A DNA stretch of 62,604 bases, the filler included, from Nemertoderma westbladi (Eukaryota > Animalia > Xenacoelomorpha): the NCBI GenBank assembly GCA_032718475.1. It is 3 parts of 3 records of this genome, joined end to end, with 100 filler letters (N's around TTAATTAATTAA, not from the genome) between each part and the next. Parts side by side here need not be neighbours in the genome. Positions count along the whole stretch, not along the records: positions 1 to 29,798 come from JAUCBJ010001445.1; 2 more parts are not named here. One strand, written 5' to 3'. The notes beneath the pieces were generated by a model. That model had not been told where the DNA came from and searched no databases. It saw nothing but the letters and a program-made list of their open reading frames with translations. A program made the position numbers and the translations under genes. The first letter of the stretch is position 1. Each line of letters starts with the position of its first letter. Shown here one piece after another: positions 1 to 13,276 of the stretch.

Positions 1-1
1 C

Positions 2-765
2 TCCACCCCTCTGCCTCAAACTATATCAAGCGGCGACGGGGACACTTCTACTGAATGTAGTGTTAATTCGTATGAGGATGAGGCTAATTCAACACTTAGT
101 GACGCCTACTACAATGTCTGTGATACCGCCTCCAATTACATCAATGCCTGTGACGCTTCTGACACTGTATCTGGAACTGGACTCGCCTCCAATGTCTGTG
201 ACAAACACTGTGGCACCGTCTGTGACGTCACTGTTTACAATGACACCTCAACTTTCTCGGGTGTTCAGATCCCGGAATTAAACCCAAACACGAAGCTTTT
301 TCGGTATTCCGAAAGTCATTATGACAGTTGTCATGATGACGTTGACAGTGTTCTACTTGGGGCTGGTATCTACGACAGTCGGTCGTCGACACCGTTGTCT
401 ATGAGTCCGGACGATATCGATAAATGTCCATTTCTTAGATTTAAAGCTGATAATGAGAATTTTGTGGAGGTTGACGACGGTCCTCGTGAAGATGTAGTTG
501 ATTTATTAGCTAGTATCGAAGATAACAATTCCCAAGATACTTTGGAAAATTTTAGCAAGGGTTTAGAGGATCTCAACAGAGCGGCTGATTTAACGTATTT
601 ATATATGGCCGGGATGCGCTCATTCGATGGAAGTAAATATTCGTCGGTAGACGGTAACGATGTGAAATCTTTTAGTTGCTACTACGTTGGCTGCGATAAA
701 GTTTACAGCAAATCCTCTCATCTGAAAGCTCATCTTCGCAGACACACCGGGGAAAAACCATATAT
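2..765 (+). CDS. KLF15: KLF15-like Kruppel-like factor, exon entering from the window edge, contains zinc finger 1
   Basis: Frame 2 is open from base 2 to [29 protein letters not shown], followed by the donor AT|GTAAGT at 765/766. [16 protein letters not shown] is the KLF finger 1 signature. Confidence 0.85.
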
Positions 766-844
766 GTAAGTCAACTAGACGGCACTAAGCTTGTGTGACC
801 ATTTTCGAACATTGATTTTTTGTGATTTTAAGCGATTTTTTCTA

Positions 845-1714
845 GGCACTAATGTGTTATAGGTACACCCCCACTCAAATTTTTTTTACTAGCTAGTTTT
901 CGCCATTTACTTTTATGAACATGTTCTAGAACATGTTAGCTATTAAAAAAAATATATATATATGTTCTAGAAAAAATATTTTTTGTTCTAGAACAATTTA
1001 AAAAAAAATTAAAAAAATTTATGTAGGCCTACTATTTTTATTTTTTAATAATGTTCTAGAACATGTTAGCTATTCAGAACTAGAAAAAAAAGTTCTAGAA
1101 CAAATAGTTTTTGTTCTAGAACAGTTCAAAAAATATAAAATTTTTTTTTTTCATTTTATTTAGAATTTGTTTCATATAATTTTTAATCGTTGCTGGCAGG
1201 ATGGGTTTTTTTTTTGGGGGGGGGGGGGGGGTTAGCTAGTATTGTTTTAATAGCTAATTAAAATTTAAAAATTCACTGTATTGAGGTCATTATTATTCAG
1301 AAATTAATGATATGCTTAGAATACGTATTCTGTATAATATTTATTATTTAGCAGACAGCGGGTAATATTTTCTGATCAAATCCAACAGAGCAGAAAATGG
1401 GTTTTCTTTGTGTAGAAGCTTCCAACGAAACTCAGCTAGTTGTTGGGCGAAAGTCAAATCTTAGCTGTAGAAATTCGAATATTCTAGAAAATTCAATTTC
1501 CTTGACATCAAATAAAAAAATACTAACAAAAATTATAATTTGTAAGCTTTTTTTTTAATTTGTTCTAGAACCAAAAATATTTGTTCTAGAACATTTTATT
1601 ATTTTTTTTTTCAAATGTATCTCATGTTCTAGAACATTTTCATAAAAAGAAATAGCAAAAATTAGCTAGTAAAAAAATTTGAGGGGGGGGCTGTACCTAT
1701 AACACACTAGTACC
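845..1714. mobile_element. Foldback MITE with GG termini and 8-bp TSD (Merlin-like)
   Basis: TIR GGCACTAATGTGTTATAGGTACA matches TGTACCTATAACACACTAGTACC at the other end. TTTTTCTA is duplicated at 837-844 and 1715-1722. Internal GTTCTAGAAC palindromes. Confidence 0.8.
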
Positions 1715-1906
1715 TTTTTCTATTGGTGAATGTTCTAGAACCTTAAGTATGTATTTTTTTAATGGTAGCTAGAGTTTTTTTACTCACAAGTATTCTTGAA
1801 AATGAAAACAAAATTGAAAATAATAATATAGGCATAAACTGTCACCTGTTATAATATCAGTGGTCATTAATATATTCTGAAACAGTCCTGAAAGAGTCCA
1901 CATGAA

Positions 1907-2632
1907 ATGAAAACTAATAAGTTGGTGCCAGTTCGCAAGAAGGACAACCTAACACTCTATGGTTCTTTTCGGGGAATCTCATTGATCTCGATTACTGCAA
2001 AGCTATACAATAGAATTCTATTAATCGCATCAGGGATCCCATTGAGAGACTGCGCCGTGGAAATCAGAATGGGTTCCGTAAATGGGGTGAGGCCATGGTG
2101 CCCATTTTGGAACTTAGAAGTATAATTGAATAGTTATCAAAAAAGAAAGACAGGCATCTGACTGTTATCTTGGTAACAGTTCCGTATAGAACTGCATTTT
2201 TATAACATAAATCATTGTTACCATGGCTACAGTGAAGAGTTCTAGAACAAAAACTATATAATATACACTATTCTAGAATAAAAATAAAATAAATAAAATT
2301 ATTGTTCTAGATCATATAGCTGGTAATTTTTTAAATTTAAAATAGCTAGTAATTAAAACAAATTTATTTATTTATATTATTATTAAAAAATTTATCTACC
2401 GGTACCAAATTGTATTATTTGTAAAATTTACTAGCTATTTTAAAATAAAAAAAAACTAGCTATATGTTCTAGAACATTATATTTTTTATTTTATTTATGT
2501 TCTAGAATAGTATATAATAACTTTTCTATAGTTCTAGAACTCTTCAATGTTGCCATAGTAACCATGACATGTTTTAAAAATGCAGTTCTATACGGAACTC
2601 TAGCCGTTATCTTTGTTGACTTCTTAAAGGCT
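1907..2632 (+). pseudogene. Non-LTR reverse transcriptase fragment interrupted by a MITE
   Basis: LVPVRKK..FRGISLISITAKLYNRIL, then NQNGFRK after a frameshift, then TVI/FVDFLKA resuming after the insertion. Confidence 0.75.
2172..2605. mobile_element. 434-bp palindromic MITE with 8-bp TSD (Merlin-like)
   Basis: TIR GGTAACAGTTCCGTATAGAACTGCATTTTT matches AAAAATGCAGTTCTATACGGAACTCTAGCC. GTTATCTT is duplicated at 2164-2171 and 2606-2613. Confidence 0.9.
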
Positions 2633-5600
2633 CGCAGAGATTCTCGCAAGCTAAGAATACTGGCAGGCTAAGAATACTCGCAGGCTAAGAATACTCCAAG
2701 CTAAGAATACTCGCAGGCTAAGAATACTCGCAGGCTAAGAATACTCGTAGACTAAGAATACTCGCAGGCTAAGAATACTCGCAGGCTAAGAATACTCGCA
2801 GGCTAAGAATTCTCACAGGCCAAGAATGCTCATAAGGCTAAGAATGCTCGCAGGCTAAGAATACTCGCAGGCTAAGAATACTCCAAGCTAAGAATACTCG
2901 CAGGCTAAGAATGCTCGCAGGCTAAGAATGCTCGCAGGCTAAGAATACTCCAAGCTAAGAATACTCGCAAGCTAAGAATACTCGCAAGCTAAGAATGCTC
3001 GCAAGCTAAGAATACTGGCAGGCTAAGAATACTCGCAGGCTAAGAATACTCCAAGCTAAGAATACTCGCAGGCTAAGAATACTCGTAGACTAAGAATACT
3101 CGCAGGCTAAGAATACTCGCAGGCTAAGAATACTCGTAGACTAAGAATACTCGCAGGCTAAGAATACTCGCAAGCTAAGAATACTCGCAGGCTAAGAATG
3201 CTCGCAGGCTAAGAATGCTCGCAGGCTAAGAATACTCCAAGCTAAGAATACTCGCAAGCTAAGAATACTCGCAAGCTAAGAATGCTCGCAAGCTAAGAAT
3301 ACTGCGCAGGCTAAGAATACTCGCAGGCTAAGAATACTCCAAGCTAAGAATACTCGCAGGCTAAGAATACTCGCAGGCTAATAATGCTCGCAGGCTAAGA
3401 ATACTCGCAAGCTAAGAATACTCGCAGGCTAAGAATACTCGCAAGCTGAGAATACTCGCAGACTAAGAATACTCGCAGGCTAAGAATTCTCACAGGCCAA
3501 GAATGCTCACAGGCTAAGAATGCTCGCAGGCTAAGAATACTCCAAGCTAAGAATACTCGCAAGCTAAGAATACTCGCAAGCTAAGAATGCTCGAAAGCTA
3601 AGAATACTGGCAGGCTAAGAATACTCGCAGGCTAAGAATACTCCAAGCTAAGAATACTCGCAGGCTAAGAATACTCGCAGGCTAATAATGCTCGCAGGCT
3701 AAGAATACTCGCAAGCTAAGAATACTCGTTGACTAAGAATACTCGCAGGCTAAGAATACTCGCAAGCTAAGAATACTCGCAGACTAAGAATACTCGCAGG
3801 CTAAGAATTCTCACAGGCCAAGAATGCTCATAAGGCTAAGAATGCTCGCAGGCTAAGAATACTCGCAGGCTAAGAATACTCCAAGCTAAGAATACTCGCA
3901 GGCTAAGAATGCTCGCAGGCTAAGAATTCTCACAGGCCAAGAATGCTCACAGGCTAAGAATGCTTGCAGGCTAAGAATACTCGCAGGCTAAGAATACCCC
4001 AAGCTAAGAATACTCGCAGGCTAAGAATACTCGCAGGCTAAGAATACTCGCAGACTAAGAATACTCGCAGGCTAAGCATTCTCACAGGCCAAGAATGCTC
4101 ACAGGCTAAGAATGCTCGCAGGCTAAGAATACTAGCAGGCTAAGAATACTCGCAAGCTGAGAATACTCGCAGACTAAGAATACTCGCAGGCTAAGAATTC
4201 TCACAGGCCAAGAATGCTCACAGGCTAAGAATACTCGCAGGCTAAGAATACTCGCAGGCTAAGAATACTCCAAGCTAAGAATACTCGCAGGCTAAGAATG
4301 CTCGCAGGCTAAGAATACTCGCAAGCTAAGAATACTCGCAGGCTAAGCATTCTCACAGGCCAAGAATGCTCGCAAGCTAAGAATGCTCACAGGCTAAGAA
4401 TTCTCGCAGCCTAAGAATACTCGCAGGCTAAGAATACTCGCAGACTAAGAGTACTCCAAGCTAAGAATACTCGCAGGCTAAGAATACTCTTGGGGTAAGA
4501 ATACTCGCAGGCTAAGAATACTCGCAGGCTAAGAATTCTCACAGGCCAAGAATGCTCGCAGGCTAAGAATGCTCGCAGGCTAAGAATACTCGCAGGCTAA
4601 GAATACTCCAAGCTAATAATACTCGCAGGCTAAGAATACTTGCAAGCTAAAAATTATCGCAGGCTAAGAATACTCGCAAGCTAAGAATACTCCCAGACTA
4701 AGAATACTCGCAGGCTAAGAATTCTCACAGGCCAAGAATACTCGCAGGCTAAGAATGCTCGCAGGCTAAGAATACTCCAAGCTAAGAATACTCGCAGGCT
4801 AAGAATACTCGCAGACTAAGAATACTCGCAGGCTAAGAATTCTCACAAGCCAGGAATGCTCGCAGGCTAAGAATGCTCGCAGACTAAGAATACCCGCAGG
4901 CTAAGAATACTCGCGATCTAAGAATACTCGCAGGCTAAGAATACTCGCAGGCTAAGAATACTCGCAAGCTAAGAATACTCGCAGGCTAAGAATACTCCAA
5001 TCTAAGAATACTCGCCGGCTAAGAATACTCACAGGCTAAGAATACTCGCAGGCTAAGAGTACTCGCAGGCTAAGAATACTAACAAACTAAGAATACTAGC
5101 AGGCTTAAGAATACTAGCAGGCTAAGAATACTCGCAGGCTAAGAATACTCCAAGCTAAGAATACTCGCGTGATTAGAATACTTGCAGGGTAAGAATACTC
5201 CAAGCTAAGAATACTCGCAGGCTAAGAATACTCACGGGCTAAGAATACTCGCACGCTAAGAATACTCCAAGCTAAGAATACTCGCAGGCTAAGAATACTC
5301 GCAGACTAAGAATACTCGCAGGCTAAGAATTCTCACAAGCCAGGAATGCTCGCAGGCTAAGAATGCTCGCAGACTAAGAATACCCGCAGGCTAAGAATAC
5401 TCGCGATCTAAGAATACTCGCAGGCTAAGAATACTCGCAGGCTAAGAATACTCGCAGGCTAAGAATACTCGCAGGCTAAGAATACTCGCAGGCTAAGAAT
5501 ACTCGCAGGCTAAGAATACTCCAATCTAAGAATACTCGCCGGCTAAGAATACTCACAGGCTAAGAATACTCGCAGGCTAAGAGTACTCGCAGGCTAAGAA

Positions 5601-8155
5601 TACTAACAAACTAAGAATACTAGCAGGCTTAAGAATACTAGCAGGCTAAGAATACTCGCAGGTTAAGAATACTCCAAGCTAAGAATACTCGCGTGATTAG
5701 AATACTTGCAGGGTAAGAATACTCCAAGCTAAGAATACTCGCAGGCTAAGAATACTCACGGGCTAAGAATACTCGCACGCTAAGAATACTCCAAGCTAAG
5801 AATACTCGCAGGCTAAGAAAACTCACAGGCTAAGAATACTCCAAGCTAAGAATATTCGCAGGCTAAGAATACTCCAAGCTAAGAATACTCGCGGGATAAG
5901 AATACTCCAAGCTAAGAATACTCGCAGGCTAAGAATACTAACAAACTAAGAATACTAGCAGGCTTAAGAATACTAGCAGGCTAAGAATACTCGCAGGCTA
6001 AGAATACTCCAAGCTAAGAATACTCGCGTGATTAGAATACTTGCAGGGTAAGAATACTCCAAGCTAAGAATACTCGCAGGCTAAGAATACTCACGGGCTA
6101 AGAATACTCGCACGCTAAGAATACTCCAAGCTAAGAATACTCGCAGGCTAAGAAAACTCACAGGCTAAGAATACTCCAAGCTAAGAATATTCGCAGGCTA
6201 AGAATACTCCAAGCTAAGAATACTCGCAGGCTAAGAATACTCGCAGGTTAAGAATACTCCAAGCTAAGAATACTCGCAGGCTAAGAATACTCGCAGGTTA
6301 AGAATACTCCAAGCTAAGAATACTCGCAGGCTAAGAATACTCCAAGCTAAGAATACTCGCAGGCTAAGAATACTCGCAGGTTAAGAATACTCCAAGCTAA
6401 GAATACTCGCAGGCTAAGAATACTCGCGTGATATAAGAATACTCGCAGGCTAAGAATACTCGAAGGCTAAGAATACTCGCAGGCTAAGAATACTCGCAGG
6501 CCAAGAATGTTCGCAGGCAAAGAATGCTCACAGGCTAAGAAAACTCGCGGGATAAGAATACTCGCAGGCTAAGAATACTCGCAGGTTAAGAATACTCCAA
6601 GCTAAGAATACTCGCAGGCTAAGAATACTCGCGTGATATAAGAATACTCGCAGGCTAAGAATACTCGAAGGCTAAGAATACTCGCAGGCTAAGAATACTC
6701 GCAGGCCAAGAATGTTCGCAGGCAAAGAATGCTCACAGGCTAAGAAAACTCGCGGGATAAGAATACTCGCAGGCTAAGAATACTCGCAGGCTAAGAATAC
6801 TCGCCGGCTAAGAGTAATCGCAGGCTAAGAATTCTCGAAAGCTAAGAATACTCGCAGGCTAAGAATACTCGCAGGCTAAGAAATACTCGCGGGATAAGAA
6901 TACTCACAGGCTAAGAATACTCGCAGGCTAAGAATACTCGCCGCCTAAGAGTACTCGCAGGCTAAGAATACTCGCAAGCTAAGAATACTCGCAGGCTAAG
7001 AATACTTGCAGGCTAAGGATACTCCAAGCTAAGAATACTCGCGGGATAAGAATACTCGCAGGCTAAGAATACTCGCAGGCTAAGAATACTCGCAGGCTAA
7101 GAATACTCGCCGGCTAAGAGTACTAACAGGCTAAGAATACTAGCAAGTTAATAATACTCGCAGGCTAAGAATACTCGCAGGCTAAGAATACTCGCAGGCT
7201 AAGAATACTCCAAGCTAAGAATACTCGCAGACTAAGAATACTCGCAGGCTAAGTATACTCCAAGCTAAGAATACTCTCAGGCTAAGAATACTCGCGGGAT
7301 AAGAATACTCCAAGCTAAGAATACTCGCGGGATAGGAATACTCGCAGGCTAAGAATACTCACAGGCTAAGAATACTCGCACGCTAAGAATACTCTAAGCT
7401 AAGAATACTCGCAGGCTAAGAAAACTCGCGGGATAAGAATACCTCAAGCTAAGAATACTCGCAGGCTAAGAATACTCACAAGCTAAGAATACTCGCAGGC
7501 TAAGAATACCCCAAGCTAAGAATACTCGCAGGCTAAGAATACTCCAAGCTAAGAATACTCGCAGGCTAAGAATACTCCAAGCTAAGAATACTCGCAGGCT
7601 AAGAATACCCCAAGCTAAGAATACTCGCAGGCTAAGAATACTCCAAGCTAAGAATACTCGCAGGCTAAGAATACTCGCAGGCTAAGAATACTCCAAGCTA
7701 AGAATACTCACGGTCTACGAATACTCGCAGGCTAAGAGTACTTGCAGGCTAAGAATACTAACAAACTAAGAATACTAGCAGGCTTAAGAATACTAGCAGG
7801 CTAACAATACTCGCAGGCTAAGAATACTAGCGGGCTAAGAATATTCACAGGCTAGGAATATTCTCAGGCTAAGAATACTCAAGGGCTATGAATATTCTCA
7901 GGCTATGAATACTAGCGGGCTAAGAATACTCAAGGGCTATGAATATTCTCAGGCTATGAATACTAGCGGGCTAAGAATACTAGGACTAACGGGCTAAGAA
8001 TACTAGGACTAACGGGCTAGGAATACTAACGGGTTAGGAATACTCGAAGGCTAAGATTACTCATGGGCTAAGAATACTCAAGGGTAAGAATACTTACCGG
8101 CTAAGTATACTCACGGGCTAAGAATACTCACAGGCTAAGAATACTCGCGGGCTAA
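2633..8155. repeat. 5.5-kb intronic satellite, 17-bp unit GCTAAGAATACTCGCAG (16-bp variant GCTAAGAATACTCCAA)
   Basis: Direct reading shows a 17-bp period, more than 300 copies, and degeneration toward the 3' end. Confidence 0.97.
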
Positions 8156-8251
8156 AAATTAATTTAATTTCAAAAATTAAATTAATCAAATTTAATTTCG
8201 ATTAGCTGCGATTTCCTATTGAATAATAATAATTGAAACATTTTATTGCAG

Positions 8252-9083
8252 ATGTACTTGGGAAGATTGTAAGTGGAGGTTTTCTCGCTCTGATGAGTTA
8301 TCCAGACACCTCAGATCCCACAACGGAATGAAACCGCATGCATGTCCGACTTGCGGAAAACGATTCGCTAGGTCGGACCACCTGAAGAAGCATCTCAAGA
8401 TGCACGACGCAGACCGGCGTCCGCGAGCGAGTAAGCGATCGGGTTCCAAAAGTAGCAGACCGGTCGCAAAGGAACCCAAACTGCGAGTCCAGAGCGACGA
8501 GCCACAGTCTGGAGCACTTGAGAGTGCGCCACAGTCAGGGGGATTTCTTGATAGTGCACTACAGTCTGGGGGATTAATTGAGAGTGCGCCACAGTCTGGT
8601 GGATTCCTTGAGAGTACGCCACAGTCTGGGGGATTTCTTGAGAGTGCACTACAGTCTGGGGGATTCCTTGAGAGTGCTCCACAATCTGATAACTTCCTTG
8701 AGAGTGCGCCACAGTCTGGGGGATTACTTGAGAGTGCGCCACAGTCAGGGGGATTTCTTGAGTGTGCACTACAGTCTGTGGGATTACTTGAGGGTGCGCC
8801 ACAGTCTGCGGGATTCCTTGAGAGTGCGGAACAGTCTGAGGGATTTTTTGAGAGTGCGCCACAGTCTGGGGAATTCCTTGAGAGTGCGCCACAGTCTGGA
8901 GGATTATTCGTTACAGCGCCTGAATCATGTGATGCATGTATGTCTACGCTACAGTCTGGTCGATTTTTCGCTACTGCGCCACAATCTGGGGATGCCTGTA
9001 AGTCTACGCTACAGTCTGGTGGATTCTTCGCTACCGCGCCACAGTCTAGGGATCGACCGCGCCACAAACCTAGGAATTCATAA
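8252..9083 (+). CDS. KLF15: KLF15-like last exon: zinc fingers 2-3 plus long repetitive C-terminal tail
   Basis: Acceptor TTGCAG at 8251 is phase-compatible with the 765 donor. Encodes [23 protein letters not shown] and [17 protein letters not shown]. Stop at 9083. Confidence 0.88.
8500..9050 (+). repeat. Coding 30-bp minisatellite ([10 protein letters not shown], about 18 units)
   Basis: GAGAGTGCGCCACAGTCTGGGGGATTCCTT recurs with a 30-bp period, in frame. Confidence 0.95.
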
Positions 9084-9163
9084 TGACTACACCACATTCC
9101 GAGGGTGAAGAGAGGTATGTACCTCGAACAAGGAAATATCGTCTTATGTTGTAACAGAGTGCT

Positions 9164-9246
9164 GGCTGCTACCTGTGCGCCACAGTGTGCAGCTGCTACC
9201 TGTGCGCCACAGTGTGCAGCTGCTACCTGTGCGCCACAGTGTGCAC
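9164..9246. repeat. 27-bp tandem repeat x3 in the KLF 3' region
   Basis: GCTGCTACCTGTGCGCCACAGTGTGCA three times. It shares the GTGCGCCACAGT core with the coding repeat. Confidence 0.9.
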
Positions 9247-10292
9247 ATGTGCTTATTAATGTTCACTTAGTTGTTTTAATTACCAACGATTGTTAGTTAG
9301 TTCCAAGTTTAGCTATTGGAATGTATAATTATTTTTACTGTTTTTCTCCCCAAAAGTACCGTACATCACGTCTGCTCTCGTTTTTTATTTTAGCATTACA
9401 ATTTAACTGTTAAATATACAATATATTAAATATATATTATATATATTAAATATTAATATTATTATTATTATATTAAATATATATTATATATATATTAAAT
9501 ATATTCTTGATAAAAAGAATACATTTCAAAAATTTGAATTGTACGAAATTATTGGCTGAATTCTATGAAATAGGCGAAACTACCCGCCGTGGTTTTTTTG
9601 TTATAACTCTGAAACAAACGCAGTTCGGAATCTGAAATTTTTGACTTTTCCTAAAAATTAATTTTCTTCCTAATACTAAAGCGGTTTTCGAAAATATTTG
9701 AAAGTTTTCGAGTTATAGCACCATTTTTAAGCCTACTTTTGGCACTTTTTTTGAGACGTTTTTGGAAAATTACATTTCATAAAATATGATTTGAAACGTC
9801 TCTATTTTTTATTTACATCGGTTTTTTGGTGTTTGCCATTAGATGGAATTCATATAAATTAATATAAAAATTTCAAACTTGTTATTTTCGGCGGGTGCCA
9901 AATTTCGGTGGCCTGTACTGCACTTCATTGTCCTCAAATTGTCAGCAATTTTTCGGACAATAAAGGGGATATTTTAAAGAATTAATTATTAAATAAAATT
10001 CCAACAATATGATTAGTATATTGCAATATTTCTATTTTTATGCAAACGACGGTTTATGGGCACTTTTGGTGTGAACTGTTTAGTACAGTATTAAGGTGAA
10101 ACATGTGGAACACATTATGAATTCAATAGTTGCAATTTTGTATATATCAATTTATTTATTATGTATTATATTTTTCTAATAACGTTCATGTGCTTTTGGT
10201 TAAACATCATTATTAGGTTTAAATTGACCTGTACGTAGTTCGAATAAATATTGTCACTACGTATAATAGAGCCTACTGTGTATATATACTGT

Positions 10293-11757
10293 ATATGTGG
10301 ATAGTACTGAACTCGAATTGATCCGAACTGGATCGAAAGCGTGGCGATTTGGACCGCTAAATGAAAGATAATCTAAAAACAACCATCCATGCAGACAGGT
10401 GAAAATTAATATTGAATTTTCATACATTGTAAATTTAGTTGCGTCTAATATGTCGCTAAATTAAGATTACTTTCTTCACATAAAACACCTGTAGGCACCG
10501 GTATGCCTACTGCTTTTACCAGCAGGACTACCGGCAGCAGGACATTTCTGGGTTTATCGATTGCAGTACTTTGCGTACCGGTAGTTGTATACAATGCAAC
10601 AATGACAATGACATAGCCACCAACGGATATGCTTCACCCCATCCAAAAATAAACGTAGCTTAAAGTATCCATTCATAACTAATCACCAACTAACTAAGTT
10701 ACATGCTAAGTTAGTGAGCTGTAACAGGAGCAGCGCAAATGTGATTGATCCAAACGTTAGCTGTCGTATGCATACGAATACGGGGTTTAGTTTAACTCCA
10801 AAATACTGCAATCTATACACAGAAAATATACATAGAAAAAAATTATTACTTAATTTAGCGATATTTTAAACGCAACTAAATTTACAAGTCCATATTAAGG
10901 GGGGGGGGGGGGGGGGGGTACACCATTTTGGTCCAAAATATGTCGAAATTTTTTTTATGGTCTATTATAATGCACCATTGAATGGTGTTTCCAAATCTGA
11001 AAACCGCTATTTAATAGCTCTTTTAGTTTTCAAGTTATGTAAATTTCCATTTACGGAATCCTATTGAAATTACTATTACTATGTATAATGAAAGGTCGAT
11101 TATCTCCAAATATTTTTTTCATGAAATTGTCAACTTCAAAACCCTACTACTTCTACAATTTTTGAGTAATTAGTCTGAAACTTCCTGTGGGTGTCTAGAT
11201 AGCCACCCTGCATAAAAGTATCAGGCAACTTTTCGAAATTTTTTGTTAATAAAATTTAATACTATTTATAAAAAACCTAAAAATTTGCATAAATTTGCAG
11301 CGCCACCTAGCGGTGCAGAATTATTTTAACAAAATTTCGCCTGATAGTTATGTTGCCCCATCTTTGATCTATCATATAAAAAAACTTTCATGTGATTAGA
11401 TTCAAAACTGTAAAAGCCTTAGGGTTTTAAGCGCAACCAAGTTTTTTTTGTTGTTAACTAGTATTAACTAATATTAAATAGCGAAAAAAAAAAATTTTCT
11501 GACCTGTCATGTAGAATAGCATCTTAGGCACCTATATGCCAAATTTTAGCCAAAATCAAACAATTTTGAAACGCTGAGAGTGATAAATCGAAGAGTTGTC
11601 CGAAAATGGTGTACCCCCCCCCCCCCCTTAATTTCAATATTTATTTTCACTTATCTCCATGGATGGTTGTTTTTAGATTATCTTTCATTTGGCGGACCAG
11701 TTCGCCACGCTTTCGAACCAGGTCGGTCCAGATTCGTCTAGCGTACTATCCGATATA
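10293..11757. mobile_element. Long-TIR foldback element whose right arm is split by a younger MITE
   Basis: 10293-10470 is the inverted complement of 10850-10894 plus 11632-11757 (e.g. GAAAGATAATCTAAAAACAACCATCCATG and CATGGATGGTTGTTTTTAGATTATCTTTC). Confidence 0.75.
10899..11627. mobile_element. TTAA-flanked MITE (Kolobok-like)
   Basis: TTAA-G(n)TACACCATTTT at the left end and AAAATGGTGTAC(n)-TTAA at the right end. Confidence 0.8.
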
Positions 11758-12184
11758 TGGACATATTAATAATTATCTGAATTACATAAATTAAATATAT
11801 CATTGTTCCCCAAGATTGGGAACTCAGTTACTACAACAGTAGAAATCTGTTATCCAGTTTTCGTTAGTTTTATGTGGCAAAAAGTATGTAACCTTCACAT
11901 TTCAATGGAATGAATGGTACTGTACAACATTTTGTATGAGGATATCTTGTCAAAGTGGGGCGAGGCATTATAAAACCGGTATTACAAATTATCCTATGGC
12001 TGTTTGGTTGTTTACCAAATGCATCTCGAGCGAGGGAGGAAGGTGTAGCCATATTGTGTGTCGGAAGCAGAATAATGATGGTTTCTAACTAAAAATTTAT
12101 TTAATTAATAAATTTAAACTATAAAACTTCAACTAAACTATAAATTTAAATTTTAACTATAAATTACGGGGGGGCTGTTGTGGT

Positions 12185-12990
12185 TGGCCCCAGCCCTATT
12201 TCTTTCTGCTGACCAGGCCGGTACACAGGCGGCCCCAGACCAATTTTTTTCTGCTGTCCGGGATGGGACACAGGCCCCACCCTGTTTCTTTCTGCTGACT
12301 GGGACTGAAAACACACACCAGACCTTTTTCTCTCTGCTGACCTGTCCGGGACACAGGCGGCCCCAGACCTTTTTCTTTCTGTTGACCGGGATGGGACTCA
12401 GGCCCCAAACTTGTTTCATTTTGCTGACCTAGCCGGGAGACAGGCGCCAGACCTATTTCTTTCTGCTGTCCAGGCTGGTACACAGGCCCCAAACCTGTTT
12501 CATTTTGTGGACCTGGCCGGGAGACAGGCCCCAGACCTATTTCTTTCTGCTGTCCAGGCTGGTACACAGGCCCCAAACTTGTTTCATTTTGCTGACCTGG
12601 CCGGGAAACAGGCCCCAGACCTATTTCTTTCTGCTGTCCAGGCTGGTATACACAGGCCCCAAACCTGTTTCTTTCCGCTGACCGGGACAGGACACAGGCG
12701 CCAAACTTGTTTCTTTCTGCTGACCGCTACGGGACACAGGCGCCAAACTTGTTTCTTTCTGCTGACCGGGACGGGATACAGGGCCCAAACCTGTTTCTTT
12801 CTGCTGACCGGGACGGAAACAGGATCCGACCTGTTTCTTTCTGCTGACCGGCTTTCTGCTGACCTGTCCGGGACCAGGCGGCCCCAGACCAATTTCTTTC
12901 TGCTGTCCGGGATGGGACACAGGCCCCACCCTGTTTCTTTCTGCTGATCGGGACGGGACACAGGCCCCAGACCTGTTGTTTCCCGGTTGT
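12185..12990. repeat. About 37-bp tandem minisatellite
   Basis: Recurrent CACAGGCCCCAGACCTGTTTCTTTCTGCTGACCGGGA. It explains the overlapping repetitive ORFs here. Confidence 0.9.
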
Positions 12991-13276
12991 TTTGTTGTTT
13001 TACCGGGGCTTTCCCACTCCGAGGGTTAAAACAACAGGAAAAACAACAAAACAACCGGTCAATAATGTACGTTGTCAAACCATATTTATTGATTAATTTT
13101 CTATTGGTTATTTTGTTTTACATAGAAATCAATGATATAATGAAACATCAGCCACTTACAATTCATTATTTAATTACACTTAATTTAATTACATAAAGGT
13201 ACAATAAATAACACACGGTTCCAGGCTTGGTACTTACTAACCTAGCAGTATTATCCTAACTTCCACGATATTTTAG

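Noticed and set aside
8243-9108. Alternative-frame and antisense ORFs over the KLF tail
   Set aside because: They are by-products of a 30-bp repeat with few stops. Only the frame continuous with the zinc fingers is supported.
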